Notes: a model not told the origin generated them from the sequence alone. DNA of 64,000 nucleotides from Perna viridis (GCA_037379345.1 CM074513.1:39552885-39616884); one strand, 5' to 3'. Shown: positions 27,501 to 40,817, counted from the first letter of the stretch. Numbers and translations are program-made.

Positions 27501-30500
27501 GAGGTGTCTAGATGAATCGGAGGTTAAATATTTGTATTACTAAACATATGTAATATTTTCCTGGCGGTATAAATATTCGACTAGGAGTGCTTGATAATTG
27601 CAGTAAATGCACCTACAGTTGAATATCTTTTATTATGCAGACATTAGACTGCACATTTAGATATGTGTATATGCAGTTTGTGAAGTGTTAAATAGGTCGA
27701 CAATTTAAACATGAGATAAGTTACTGCATAGGGCTCTCAAGGGTAAACTCTACAAATTGTACAAATTAGATTGATAAAAAATGAAGTAGAATTAAGTTAC
27801 AAGGATAATTTAGCTAATATAAAAAATAAAAGCATCTTAATGTTATTTCATTCTTCAACTTCTACATAAACAATTAATATTTGAAACCATAGGCATATTG
27901 AATGACTTAAACACCTGTATATAAAGACCTATTAAAATGAGTTGAATTATTTACGCTAATTACTGTGATGTACCAGTGAATATGGCACATGTAATGTCTA
28001 GAGTGAAAAGGGTTGTTGGATCGTATAATCGAGGAGACAGTTAATGTCATGCTCTTCAGCTTTTAATTAAAGATCGCAGTTTTTTCTGCAAAAAGGCAAA
28101 AGTTTTAAATATTATCACGGGAAATAATCCTAAACGCTTGTGTAATGAGCTATACAAGCATAAAACCACAACATGAACAAAGAAAACAAAATCATCAAAT
28201 AAAAATTGGATATTATTCTGTAGAGAACTAATTCTAGTTGACACGACTTCAAATGATAATTTTATAACAATACACATTCTAGCCCTTATTTATTAAAAGA
28301 GAAATCAATATCTTTTCACATCAACTTGAGGGGTAGAAATGACAGAAAATGTCATCGTGTTACTAAATTCTAAAACAAGAGGAGGGGGTTCGTATAGTAA
28401 CGTAAATTGCCACGAATGCAAAAGTTTGATACGTTCACACATAAATAATTGTAACTTCGAGACAATTTGAAAAGGCTCAGATAAATATCATACAATAATA
28501 ATAGGTGGCTGAACCAACCTGGGTACTTTCGTAACGGATAACCTTGCAAAGTTTTTAGAACACCAAAATCACCAGTAATATTTATTTTAATTTTTTTTTA
28601 TGCAAAAACAGATTTTTTTTACTTCGTGTGTCTATAAATGTGATAACAAATCTGATAATAATGCACACATTTTTTTTCTTTTTCAAAACTTCCCTTTCGG
28701 TTTATGTATAAAATCTAAAAAGTGCTAGTGTTTATACAGTACATATCTTTTAAAACCCAAGATATACAAATGTGAACATTGGTCTTAACTTTCGTAAAAT
28801 GCTTATATATATCTCAAAATTTAGACTATTCATAGTATTTATATTAGTACAAAAAGATAAACAGCTTCTTTATACTCTAGAATTTTTCCTTGATATCGAA
28901 CTATGCCCTAACCCCACACATACAGTACTATCGATAAAGATGCTCTGACACTTTTTAACTGCATGCTGTTTCACAACATTTTATTGTTACGTATACTAAT
29001 GGCATATTACCCAAAATCAATTATACTACATAGGTTGTATTTACCTTAGCTTTGCGTTTGACATGTTTTATGTTATTAGCAGAAACTTTTAAATGAGCAT
29101 TAACATGTAACACATGCGGCATACTTAATATTAAAGATTGACTTTTTGCACAACCACGTTATAAAACACCCATCTATTCTCAGCCATAAATAGCCCTAAA
29201 TGAATCGCATTAGTTAAAACATAAAATTAATGGCATCATTTAACACAAATCATAAAAATCTTGATCAAAGCTAAGTTCAAGTTTTAAATGCTAAAGGTAC
29301 AGTAAGAGGCCATACATGGAATTATTTTCGCGTCAAATAAGATTGATCAAGTTGTTGCTCCAACTATCGATCCCGACCTCAGTTTCCTTCAAAAAGAAAT
29401 GTTTCACAATTTTGTGACAATATTTGGTGAGTGGTTTTGTTATGTTATACCGGTTATTATCAGATTATTGGGAAACAAGTTAAAGTCAACTGTACAAATT
29501 ACATCAGAATCAAAAGATAAGACCGACCACAAAGGGAGTTAATTACAAAATTTATCCTCCAACACTGTTGACGGATGCCGCTCTTGTTTCAGATGATAAA
29601 CTAACAATCAGGTGCCCGATCGACAGTGTCAACATACATTGTGTAATCCGACCGCGTGTCAAAATGGCACTGTTCGTTTGCTGTGCAATTTCCTCTCAAT
29701 GTCGGTAAATTTTATTTATTGATAATTAAACTAATCAATTGTCAATTTCTTGTACTGATTACAAATCGTGAATTGATTGTAACACGATAATATTCTCAGA
29801 ACTTAACGGCAGTTTAAAATGAATTAATTTTTCATGATGACGGGGAAAATTAGAAGTCAATATGTATTTTGGAGGTGGTGTTTTCTTCTTTTATTTTGCC
29901 AATGAAACATCCTACAAGTAACGTATTACATTTACAGCCTGAATTCCGAAGCCAAAAACTCAATTGTCAATTAAACGATGGTTATTCAGACTTTGATCAT
30001 GGCAGAACGTTATTATCTGTTTTTGAGGATAGTGTAAAAGTTGTTTCTGTCTTTTATCTGCTTTGCAAGGCAGAAACATTAACGAAATTGCCCATGACTC
30101 GCCCCAAATACAGGCCACCACTTGGGTATTAAATGGCGGCTGATCTTTTTCACAAAAGTTTCCACGTCGTTAACTCTAAGGTAATGTTATGCTTGCAAAG
30201 ATCAGATTTAAATTCAAAAGAATATCGTTCACAGATGCGTTTTGGGTCACGCCTTCTGCTTTACTAGTTGTGCACCCCGTGCCCAGACTGATAATTTCGT
30301 CATAACTGATAATACATATAGAATAAGAAGGGTGTATCACCAATATCCTTTAATTACTAGTATAATATTGACTATTCAATACATGTGCATAGAAATGTCT
30401 TTTAAACGACTACTATGATGTACATATTTTGAATAAGCTCCTTTGTATGAGTCGCTATTCAACCCGTAGATGTTGGGTTGCAAGAAATAATGACCTTATA

Positions 30501-30918
30501 CAAAATACTATAATCATACAATTGAATTTTGGCACTAGCTGTGTAACCTTTTATACGGTGCATATCTTGTTTAAATGTGCCTGTGTTTGTAATTCATTGC
30601 GAGGTTGTTGTCTCATTGACATTTGCCTCATTATAATTTGCTCCTTTTACCGTGACACATTTTCCATAATGCATGAATAAAGGAGAAACAAATTTTGTTA
30701 AGAACTACGAAGAAATACAAATGTCATCAAATACAAACTTTTTTGTGGCGGAAGAGAGTATTAAAACAAAAAGAAAACTACTTATTGGTTTTATGTATGA
30801 TAAAATGTTAAAAGAACTAAATATATGTAGATATCAAACTCGAGGAAAGTTAAATCAATGTTGACCTTTGAGCTGTTTATTGGACAAATGATTTTAATAT
30901 TTGTCTTTATTTCTTTAG

Positions 30919-31193
30919 ATACTTGTGGACTCACTGACATGAACCACGTTGAAAGTATTCAAGAGAAATCACAATGTGCACTGGAAGAGTACGTCAGGAG
31001 TCAGTACCCTAATCAGCCAACTAGATTTGGAAAGCTCCTTCTCCGGTTGCCATCGCTACGGACAGTCAGCTCACAGGTTATAGAGCAGCTGTTTTTCGTA
31101 CGACTTGTTGGGAAGACTCCCATAGAGACTCTAATCAGAGATATGCTCCTGAGTGGTGGGTCTTTCAACTGGCCATATATGCCCCTTCAGTGA
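30919..31193 (+). CDS. NR2F: COUP-TF coding exon 3: LBD C-terminus and AF-2
   Basis: Acceptor ttgtctttatttctttag|AT gives SS-DTCGL. Encodes [77 protein letters not shown]. Exon total 493+528+275 = 1296 nt, in frame. Confidence 0.97.
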
Positions 31194-31378
31194 CTATAAC
31201 AACTAATAGGTGCTGATGATGAACCATGAAATTACCCCGTGACGCCTTTTGTTTGTAATGGACATTTATGGTCATAATTTTAAATATGTAAGTTGTTTTG
31301 TAACATTGTAATATATACATGAGATTCATGGACTGGGCTAACCCGGTCACATTTTGTTGATGATTTGATTTTTTTGTG

Positions 31379-31398
31379 GGTTCATGGTTCAAAGGTCA
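31379..31398 (+). promoter_or_regulatory. Tandem DR1-DR1 nuclear receptor element GGTTCA-T-GGTTCA-A-AGGTCA
   Basis: Three consensus RGKTCA half-sites, each separated by 1 nt; function not shown. Confidence 0.5.
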
Positions 31399-32476
31399 AC
31401 ACAAGCAACCCAACCTAGTCTTTCTGTCAAAAGAAATGTTGTTACCATTTTCAGTTGTTTAATGACTATAATCTTTTTTTTTTTTAAAGTTCAACACGAC
31501 TATAGTTTATTGTTGATTTTAATTGTTTTTGGTTTAACCCTATAAGATGGTTTTGTGTTTTTTTATATTAATGCATAATGATTTTATGATTTAGATATAA
31601 TAATTCCAAAACAAATACGCATATATGGCAAGTTGTCTTGTGAAAAAAATACAACATGAGGGCAACGTACAAACAAGTGGGCAGCAACAGTGCTTCCTAT
31701 ATATATTTATTGCTTTTGTTTATTCAGTATCCACTTTGCATTACTATTTTGCTACATCATTTTTATTTGTTTCCATATAATTTTTATAACTTTATTTTAG
31801 TGCTATCATTTAGTGACATTATTTAACCGAGAACTACACACAAGTTCTAAAAACTGAGTGTTGAAAAAACATGCAGGCAGCTTGACAAGCATGCACGTTG
31901 CAAAACTACACATTTCACATTATGTAATCATTCATTGTATATTAGGTTGTAAACCAGATCCTTCTTCGTTTCTATGAAAAGCCAAATTGATCTCGACAAC
32001 ATACGATCCAACAGAAAGTTCATGAAGTATGTAAATAATGTAAATATGACACATCTACAGATTACTGAAAGAACGTGGTCAATTTATGACCACTTTCAAT
32101 TCAGTTCCAATCAGGACATCGGTGTAAATAAAACAGATGAAGTTGGCTTTTTATAGGATAGAATAGGGTTCGCAAGACTATTTGGATCATAGTCAATCCG
32201 AGGTTAGTGTTGCGATGTTATTAGTCTCTCCGTCATAGGCTTGTAGATTTTTTTCTTTGCGGCTAAAATATGAGACGAGAAATTAAACAAGCCGTTTATT
32301 TTTGTATTCATGTGCGTCTATGTGTCTTTTGTTATGTTTGTTAGTTTTTTGGTTCAAAACCAACTCTGTTTGTGTGCAAGGCACCGGATTGAAATCCGGA
32401 CTGTAAAAACCTAATACAGTTTATTCAGTGAGCAACGTATGTGTTGTAGTGTTAATACACACATATTTGTTCGCTT

Positions 32477-32482
32477 AATAAA
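32477..32482 (+). terminator. Putative polyadenylation signal of COUP-TF (alternative at 32127-32132)
   Basis: AATAAA followed by GT-rich gctgtgtctttagtgttatgttgg, about 1.3 kb after the stop codon. Confidence 0.45.
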
Positions 32483-35400
32483 CAGTTACGCTGTGTCTTT
32501 AGTGTTATGTTGGTAATTGGTTTAATTAACTTGCTGTTCAAGTAGCTTTTCCATCAAGTTTACGTATACATTTACATAAAAACAAGATCAATATAGAATG
32601 AAGTTGCCATATTTGCACTAAGGACATAGCAAACTCATACAGTCGAATTAGTTGTAGAGAGTCGAGACATTGCTCCGACAAGGTAGTTTATAAATGCATT
32701 CCAAGAATTGACATTATAAGAACGGCTTAAAGCTGTCGAAAAGTTGTGTTCACCAGACAAGTTAAAGCCAAAGTGGTTACGTCCCTTGTTTAGGCAATGA
32801 TTCTTTGTTATTAAGGTTCCTATGTGTTTGCTATGTGTGACATTATTGTCTATTTAGTGTTGTGGAGGTGTCGCAGACACCACAATTTATCCATTGCTTA
32901 AAATCTAATTAAAGTGTTGTAAACATACTATTTTGTATTTATCAGTAAGCCTTACTTCTTGTATACATTCTTCAAGAGTATTTGTCATGATATCTACTAG
33001 AAACTTCTGATTTATTTGGAGATCTGAAACAACTGCAATACTGCAACTTATATCATTACATGAGTCTATAACAGCTCTGTTAGATTTGACTATTTTATGT
33101 GAAATGATAAACTTGACAATATTTTGTCTTGCGACACAACGAAGCTCAAAAACCCACATATTTCGGAATCAGAAACGACATTCTGGTTTCCCTGGTTTCC
33201 CTGGTTTCCACAAGTTTGCCATTTGGTCTTTAAGATGCGGTTACCAACCACAAACCACAATATAATGGATGTTGATGGACCCGTGAACAATGTTCAATAT
33301 TAAAGAAAAAACATTTCCAACAAAAGAATATAATTTGATGAAAAGTATTCAGTAACGACTCTTTTCCAGATACATTGTACATTTAGACATAATTAACGAC
33401 AAACCATGTTCCACAAAATCAACAATCTCATATTTTTATTTTGATATATATATATATATAACCCTTGAGGAACATCTCTCATCGGTAAAAAAAAACTATT
33501 TTCTTTTGGTAGACAGATGGTCATTTTTGTCCAATACAATTACCACAGTTTCTAAAGGGGAAACTGATTTAATTATTCAATTTCTTTTTTCCTCTTTATT
33601 CATAAGATCATAATTAGTTGGCTTAAGTGACAAAAATAACTTTATGTTTTGTACTCATTATTATATGAACAAAAAAGACTGAAATTAAAACGTTAGGGAG
33701 GGAATTTGTCCGTATATGGTTGTCAGACACAATGGAAACAGAAATAGTATCTTCCGATAAAAGAAAACAAAAATGAAGAATGAAGATGAAACACATACCC
33801 GGAGTTTGTTAAAACTTAGTAATATGAAAAAAAATTGCTTAAATCATAATATACTGGTGCGGACTAAGAAATATCAATTGACTAAGGACTGAAAAGTCCT
33901 TATATAAAGTAGAAAAATACTTGTGTGTTTTGAAAGATATCTGCTACAGATGTGTCTATGCCATCAGATAAATATTACTCAATCCAGTATTCGTTTAAAC
34001 TTGCTATATTTATATGCTTTAGCTATTAAAATTCAGTGTGACTGGACAGAAAGTTAGATTTTGTTTTTATCCTCTTAGCATTTCGCAAAGTCCCTCATCC
34101 TGATCCTCATGCTTTCTATCCAGATCAAGTACCTCGACCAATATCTACAAGGCCATCAGTTCGTATTGTTTATATTGCCACCACATGCACATCTTATGTA
34201 ATGGGACACATATGTTGAAAAAAGATTCATTGATTTACATAACAACCACCGATAATATTAACGAACATGTTCAATATTCTCTGTCACACCTATTTACAAT
34301 GAGGACAGTCGGTCAAGTATTGATGTAACTGAGTGATCTTACGAATGGTTCAGTAATTGTCTCTACTTTCTAGAGTTATGAACCAGGATGTCTTTCCAAG
34401 TTATATGTCTTTAGTTGCATTGAACAGCATTAAGCACATAAGTGCAGAAAGATTAAGGAAACAAATATAAAGGTTTCATGAATGTCATGAAGGCAATATT
34501 AAACCATACCAACACACCTGAAAGTTAACCACAAGTTGTTTAAGGAGATTAATCTACAACTCTTTATGAGAAATGCGAGTTATGTAATAGATGTTCGAAC
34601 ATGTTTCTCGTCTTAGCCAAAGAAATTATTACACAGTATGGTGTATAGTCTAATTTATGTTTTTAATGTCACTGGTTGAAATCTACGAAACACCTCTGTA
34701 AAACAGGACTATCTCGCGCACAGTACTTGAATCACTTATCACACAATCTAAATATTCTTTAATCTGGTTATAACATCTAATTTTTGCATTAATGGGGGCT
34801 TTCAAAGGGTTACCATGCAGTCAAAATGTCATTATCAGCACGCACATATGTAACACTAAAGAGTATACGAAGAAATAATTTAATGGTGAAACCTATAAAA
34901 TTCAAATGTAATGCATGAAGAGATATTTAGTGGTTTAGAATTGTTATGTCATACTAACATATGGTGCATTCATCAGCTCGATCTCGACACGAGGGGCGTT
35001 CAAGAGGGCAATGGTGTCTGGGTAAAACATGCCATTAATATTTTACAACTGTGATTGACTGCAATTCAAATTGTTCAATATATAACTATAATATCAGCTA
35101 GCTTAACCCCGTTAACTTGAAATGCTACAAATTTGGATTACGCACTGAATTATTAGGTTATCTCCCTTTGGTGCCTCGTAGCTTCCTTATATCATTTAGT
35201 CAACACATTGTAAGACCTATGTGCACATCATGCGTAACCTTTGCATATATATTTAACCTGTGGGAAAATTAAAAAGAGTAAAGTTGTAAAGCTTGTTGAA
35301 CCGCTTACATTATACACTTTTAACATGTTACTGGGGTACATCAAGGGAAAGTTTTATACAAATAAGACTTAAAAAATAGGGAAAGATAATGGATGTTTTG

Positions 35401-36649
35401 CACCTTTTAAATATCATTTATAGTGCATAGTACCATGTTGCTAGAAGTATTAATAACTATTGTGCTAACATGTATAATGATCGAGTCGCATCACAATACA
35501 TTATATGGTAGCTTTGGATAATCAAACAGGTGTTAGTAAAAAGCTCAACTTATGAAGTGATTTCTCATTTAATCAAAGTATAACATGAACATTTTGAGAT
35601 AACAGGTATTTTGGCAGGTAGCATTAATTCGTTTAAGGTGAGAAGTATTCTGCTAAATATATGTCAGAATGTATTGCACTTAATTGTTTACGTATTTATT
35701 GCTAAAAGCAAGAGTTAATGGTTTATTTGCGACTTTTAAGGGAATCATTCAAGTTATATTAATACTTTATTGATACAGTTTATAAATAGAACTTATGAGA
35801 TGTTTAATCTTTGTTGTGGTAAACCCCAAATAAACGACTTGATGATAATATTTGAACTTCACAGTGAATTACCTAAACATTTCTCTAAAGCTCGTCCTCA
35901 AGATTGGGAGAATTAAAATATTGTACAGATGTAGGAAAATGACAATGATCTTGTACTGTTCCTATCTATGGAATTCAAATAAAACTACCAATTAAAGACA
36001 CCAGCTCAGAAACAGTTGTCGTTCCATAATTAGTCTGAATTGACCAGCTCTATTTTAATGGTACAAATGTATTACTTGATCCACTTTTTTCGTGGTAGAT
36101 ATACATTTTATGGGATTATCGGGATGTAGTCCGGCACACATTTCGTTTTGGTCACTTGACGTGATTCCATTAGGCCTATGTAGTATAGTTTGTTTTTTCG
36201 TATATTTTAGAGAAATAGTGTGAAAATGCCTGCAATGAAAGCCTTACTAAACTGACGAATTATTTAGACGAATTTAAGAAGTATATTCACATTTTCTGAT
36301 CCCAATTAAAGAGGCAGGTGAACCAGGTCTAAGATGCAAGTGCGTCTAAGTAACTAGGTCGCGCTTTTGGGTACTAAACCGTGTTGAATTCTAAGAGTAC
36401 ATCGTGCATACATCAAGATACATACCATTAATGCACCGACACCATAAATGGAATAGAACACTAGAAAATCTTATTTAAGATATTTTAAAACACGAACTCA
36501 ATGTAAGTACACCAGTACGCAGAAAACTGATGTTTAATGCGTCCATATCCCTTCATTGCACTACTAAATTCAGAAAAAAAAACGATTGGATGAGCTTATG
36601 AAAAAAATGCAAATTGATAAAAAAGTGAAAGCCGAATGAAAACATAAAA

Positions 36650-38078
36650 AAAACACAACGCAACAGAGCCGGCTAATGGACAACATACAACCATGAGGCA
36701 ACAGAGACAACCAAAGGACGAGATACAACAACATGACATCAGAGACGACCAAAAACAACAACAACAACAAGTCAACTGAGACGACCAAATGACAACACAC
36801 AGCAAGTCAACAAAGGTAGCAAAATGATAAAATACATCAACAAGACAACAGACTGGGATAAAGCAGAAGATGCAACACATAGGGCAAACGAGACAGCAAA
36901 AGGACAACATACAACCACAAAGCAAACGAAACATCAACAGAACAACATACAACCAGACAGCAACAGGGACAGCAAAAGGACAACATACAACTACATTGCA
37001 ACAGAGACAGCAAAAGGACAACATACAACTACATTGCATGAAGAGAACATACAGCCACAGAGCAACATGGACAGTCAAATTAGAACATACATCACGAGCC
37101 AACATACATGGTAAACGGAGAATGTACAACTCCAGGGCAACGTAGTCAGCCAAAGAAGATTGAATATATAACCACAAATTTATAGAGACAGCCAAAGTAC
37201 ATCATACAATCACAAGTTAACAGAACAGTCAAAGAAGAAAGGAGAACATACAACCACAATTCAACAGAGACAGTCAAATAAAAACATAAGTCAATGGACA
37301 ACATGCAACCACGAGGAAACAGAAACAGCCAAAGTAGAATATACAACTACAAGACAAAAGAGACAGCCATATGAGACTGAACTTACAACCACAAAGCCAA
37401 GGGGATTACCAAAGAACATAACTATAAGGCAACAAGACAACGAAAGGACAACATACAACCTCAAGTCAATAGAGGCGACCAAACGATAACATACAACCGC
37501 AAGTCAACAAAGACGAACAAAGGCCAACATACAACAACCAGTCAACAGAGGCGACCAATCGACAATATACAGAGGACAACATACAACCAGAAGGCAAAAG
37601 AGACAGTCAAACGAAAACAAGCAAAAAGAAGTCAACAGAAACAGCCAAATTAAAACATAAAACCGCAACATTATAGAGAAGGCAAAAGGAGAACATACAA
37701 CAAGAAGGCAACAGAGACGACTAAAGGACAACATACAACCACAAGTCAACAGAGACAACCAAAAGACAACATACAACCACAAGTCAACAGAGGTAGCCGA
37801 AGGATAATAAACATCCACGAGCCAAGAGAGACGAACAAAGGAAAACATACAGCCACAAGTCTACAGAGACGAACAAAGGACAACATACAACCACCAGTCA
37901 ACAGAGGCGACCAAACGACAACATACAGCCACAAGTCAACAAAGAAGAACAAAGGACAACATACAACCACCAGTCAACAGAGGCGACCAGACGACAACAT
38001 ACAACCACAATTCAACAGAGACAACTAAAGGACAACATACAACCAGAAAGCAACAGAGACAAACAAAGGACAATATAA
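36650..38078. repeat. 38-bp minisatellite, roughly 35-38 diverged units (consensus AAAGGACAACATACAACCACAAGTCAACAGAGACGACC)
   Basis: Unit starts at 37685, 37723, 37761, 37799, 37837, 37875, 37913, 37951, 37989, 38027 and 38065 (period 38); more degenerate to the left. Confidence 0.92.
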
Positions 38079-39028
38079 TTCCATAAGTAAAATCTACAGC
38101 AAACATAGATCGTTGCGACAGTAAAAGCTACTTGTAAGCAGTACATGTTTTTCTACTCTATGAAACTGATTTATATATATATTTATTCAAACTAGGGGGT
38201 TCAAACTGTCATATAAAAGACTTTCTTAAAAAGGTTGTATTAAATCCCATAAAAGGATGAAGTTTATAAATGTCCTAGCCAGAGTATACCATAGGACTCA
38301 TTATTATTCCGACGGCAAAGCAAAAAAATTAGATCATCTGACATCTACACTACCAACCATTTCAAAAAGAATGAAAGCCATATTCTCGAATTTACTAAAA
38401 CTTTTAGTGGTTCACATACCCAATTTGTGCAAATCGCAACAATTAGAAATTAATCGTCTGAAATCGTTTTCCACCATGCATAAATCTTGCAGAATATGGG
38501 AGAACTACCCAATTTCATTGTATCCTTGCTATTGTGCAGTGTTATAATCTCAGAAATCTAAACTACTCTGATAAAAATCTAATATATGTACAAAGGTAAA
38601 CTTCTTTAAAGGACCAAACCTGATCTAGAAAAATGAACGTGACAACATTCAATCAGACCCAAAAGTTTTAGATTAAGTCATTAAATTACCTTGATAAGAT
38701 GGGGTAAAAAATATACTGTAAAGAGATGTTGATTTCCAACCCTTTATGTTGAATATTTCAAACACGAATATCTCTTCTTTCTGTATCTATAAAGGCATGT
38801 TCATAAAAGGAGCAAGTTGTTTTTTTGTTGTTGTTGTTGTATTCAATATGATTATTTCAAAACTTTTCACGGAATTTTTTGGGTATGCTTGTTTTACTGT
38901 GATCCTTTATAGTATTTGGTAGAAGAATATTGCATGCTTTTTTTCTCTTTTCCCTCGGTTTCACGGAGGTTCTCCGTCTTTGTTTTTGTGTATTTTTTGC
39001 TTGGTGTGAAATGTTAACTTTATCCCTT

Positions 39029-39379
39029 AAGACCCATGGGAATCAAGGTTTAAGCGGAATTCATCAGAATTGTAATCCAAGGACATAGACCAGACAGGGA
39101 ACACACACACACACACACACACAGACACACACACACACAAAACAAAGAACATAAAATAACCAAAATAATACGTACAAAGCAACAAAAGTAAATGAGCAAC
39201 TTGAACTCCGCTAAGGAGGGCATGCATCATGGACAAGGCGGACCGGTAGGGTAAAGTTCTGCTTTTGTAGAAACACTCGCCGATTGCTAATAAAAAGTCA
39301 AGTCCGGGGTATACAAAAGAGGAGAGGAAAATTACTTGTATGATACCCGAACAAATCGGTTCTCATGGTGCAGATGGAT
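39029..39379 (-). mobile_element. PLE 3' end in inverted orientation, containing an expanded (CA)n at about 39100-39138
   Basis: Reverse complement matches 40326-40648 (tatccatctgcaccat...ccccggacttgacttttt...ttaccctaccggt...). Confidence 0.85.
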
Positions 39380-40648
39380 AGAGTCCTACCACAAAACTTG
39401 TTACTCCCGTAGTGGTATCAATTCAATTTGGATCCTGAAAAATGCGAAAGCTCTTTTGAAGGCAATCAGTTCAAAACTATTATCTGAATATAATAACATT
39501 AAAACCTACACTGTATACTTCTATTCCCCATACTCAGTTAAAATCCCGACTTAAAAACATTATACATCGTTGTTTTTCCCAAAAAAAAAAGGATACACCT
39601 AGATACAAATATATAGTTCTTGGTAGAGATTCCTCAAACTTTGTAAGAAATAATTCCATATCATCTTCCAAATATACAGAGGAAGATGTTTACAAAATGC
39701 TTGAATTTTTAATCGACAACATATTTGTCCAGTGTGGTGGACGTGTTTTTCAACAAACGGTCGGTATTCCAATGGGAACAAATTGTGCTCCTTTACTTGC
39801 TGACCTATTCCTTCACTCTTATGAGGCTGAATTTATGGCTGATCTGATCCGAAAGAAAGAATATCGTTTGGCTAGATCCTTTGATCTCAATTTCTGCTAT
39901 ACTGATGACGTATTATCTTTAAACAATCCTAATTTCGGGGATTTGATACATCGCATCTACCCAAAAGAACTTGAGATAAAGGATACTACAGACACTGTGA
40001 AGTCAGCCTCATATATTGACCTACACTTAGAAATCGATGGTAAAGGAAAACTATTGACCATACTTTAAGACTAACGTGATGACTTTTCATTCAGAGTTGT
40101 CAACTTTCCTTTCATCTGTGGCAACATCCCTTCAGCACTGCGCATGGAGTGTTTATATCACAACTCATACGTTATGCCAGAGCTTGCCGAAACTACACAG
40201 ACTTTTGGTATCTCGCTAGAACTCTAACAAGTAGGCTTCTGGAACAAGGTTATGTTGCTACAAGATTGAAGTCATCATTACAGAAGTTTTATGGTCGTCA
40301 TCATGAACTCGTGGATCGTTATGATGTATCCACTTGCGCCATAAAAACTGATTTATTCAACGGGTCATAGTTTTCCTTTCCTCGTTTGTCTACCCCGGAC
40401 TTGACTTTTTTATGAGCAACTCGGCGGGTGTTTCTAGAAAAACAGAGGACGCTTACCCTACCGGTGCACCTGGTCCATGCTCCCAGTTTTAGTGGAGTCG
40501 AGTTGTTCATTTGCTTTGTTATTTTGTATGTGTGATTTTAGTTACTTCTTGTTCTTTGTTGTGTGTGTCTGTTTTCCATGTCTGGTCTTTATCCCTGGAT
40601 TACATTCTTTTGATTACCGCTATAACAGTGGTTCCCTTGATTACTCTT
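39380..40648 (+). mobile_element. Penelope-like retroelement, 5'-truncated RT pseudogene plus 3' UTR; no C-terminal GIY-YIG
   Basis: MLEFLIDNIFVQCGGRVFQQTVGIPMGTNCAPLLADLFL...YTDD...SYIDLHL...(decayed YDKRDDF)...FISQLIRYARAC...KFYGRHH; stop at 40370. Several stops and frameshifts. 278-nt 3' segment shared with the other fragments. Confidence 0.88.
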
Positions 40649-40650
40649 CT

Positions 40651-40817
40651 ACCGTAACGATCCACAACTTCATGATGACAAGCATAAAAATTCTGTAGTA
40701 ACGACTGCAATCTTGTAGCAAATAAACTTGTTCCAGTAGCTTAATCGTAAGAAGTGTAGCGCGGTACAAAAAGTTTGCGTAGTTATGGCAAGCTCTGGCA
40801 TAACGTATGAGTTGTGT
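40651..40817 (-). mobile_element. Inverted PLE RT-thumb fragment abutting the 3' end of the preceding copy
   Basis: Minus strand encodes TQLIRYARACHNYANFLYRATLLTIKLLEQ; diverged reverse complement of 40160-40325. Confidence 0.85.

Noticed and set aside
32905-33290. Two overlapping minus-strand ORFs and a (CTGGTTTCC)x3 repeat at 33183-33209
   Set aside because: No recognisable homology or convincing splice structure; a pseudogene cannot be supported
36570-37970. Many overlapping ORFs up to 199 aa (C/L/V-rich or Q/T/N-rich)
   Set aside because: They arise from the T-poor 38-bp minisatellite; the period is not a multiple of 3 and no domain is recognisable
36650-38078. CRISPR-like periodicity
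   Set aside because: Units are contiguous with no unique spacers, there are no cas genes, and the context is eukaryotic
40410-40460. Possible SECIS in the PLE 3' UTR (ATGA...)
   Set aside because: No correctly spaced AA loop and GA quartet, and no conserved in-frame TGA is evident
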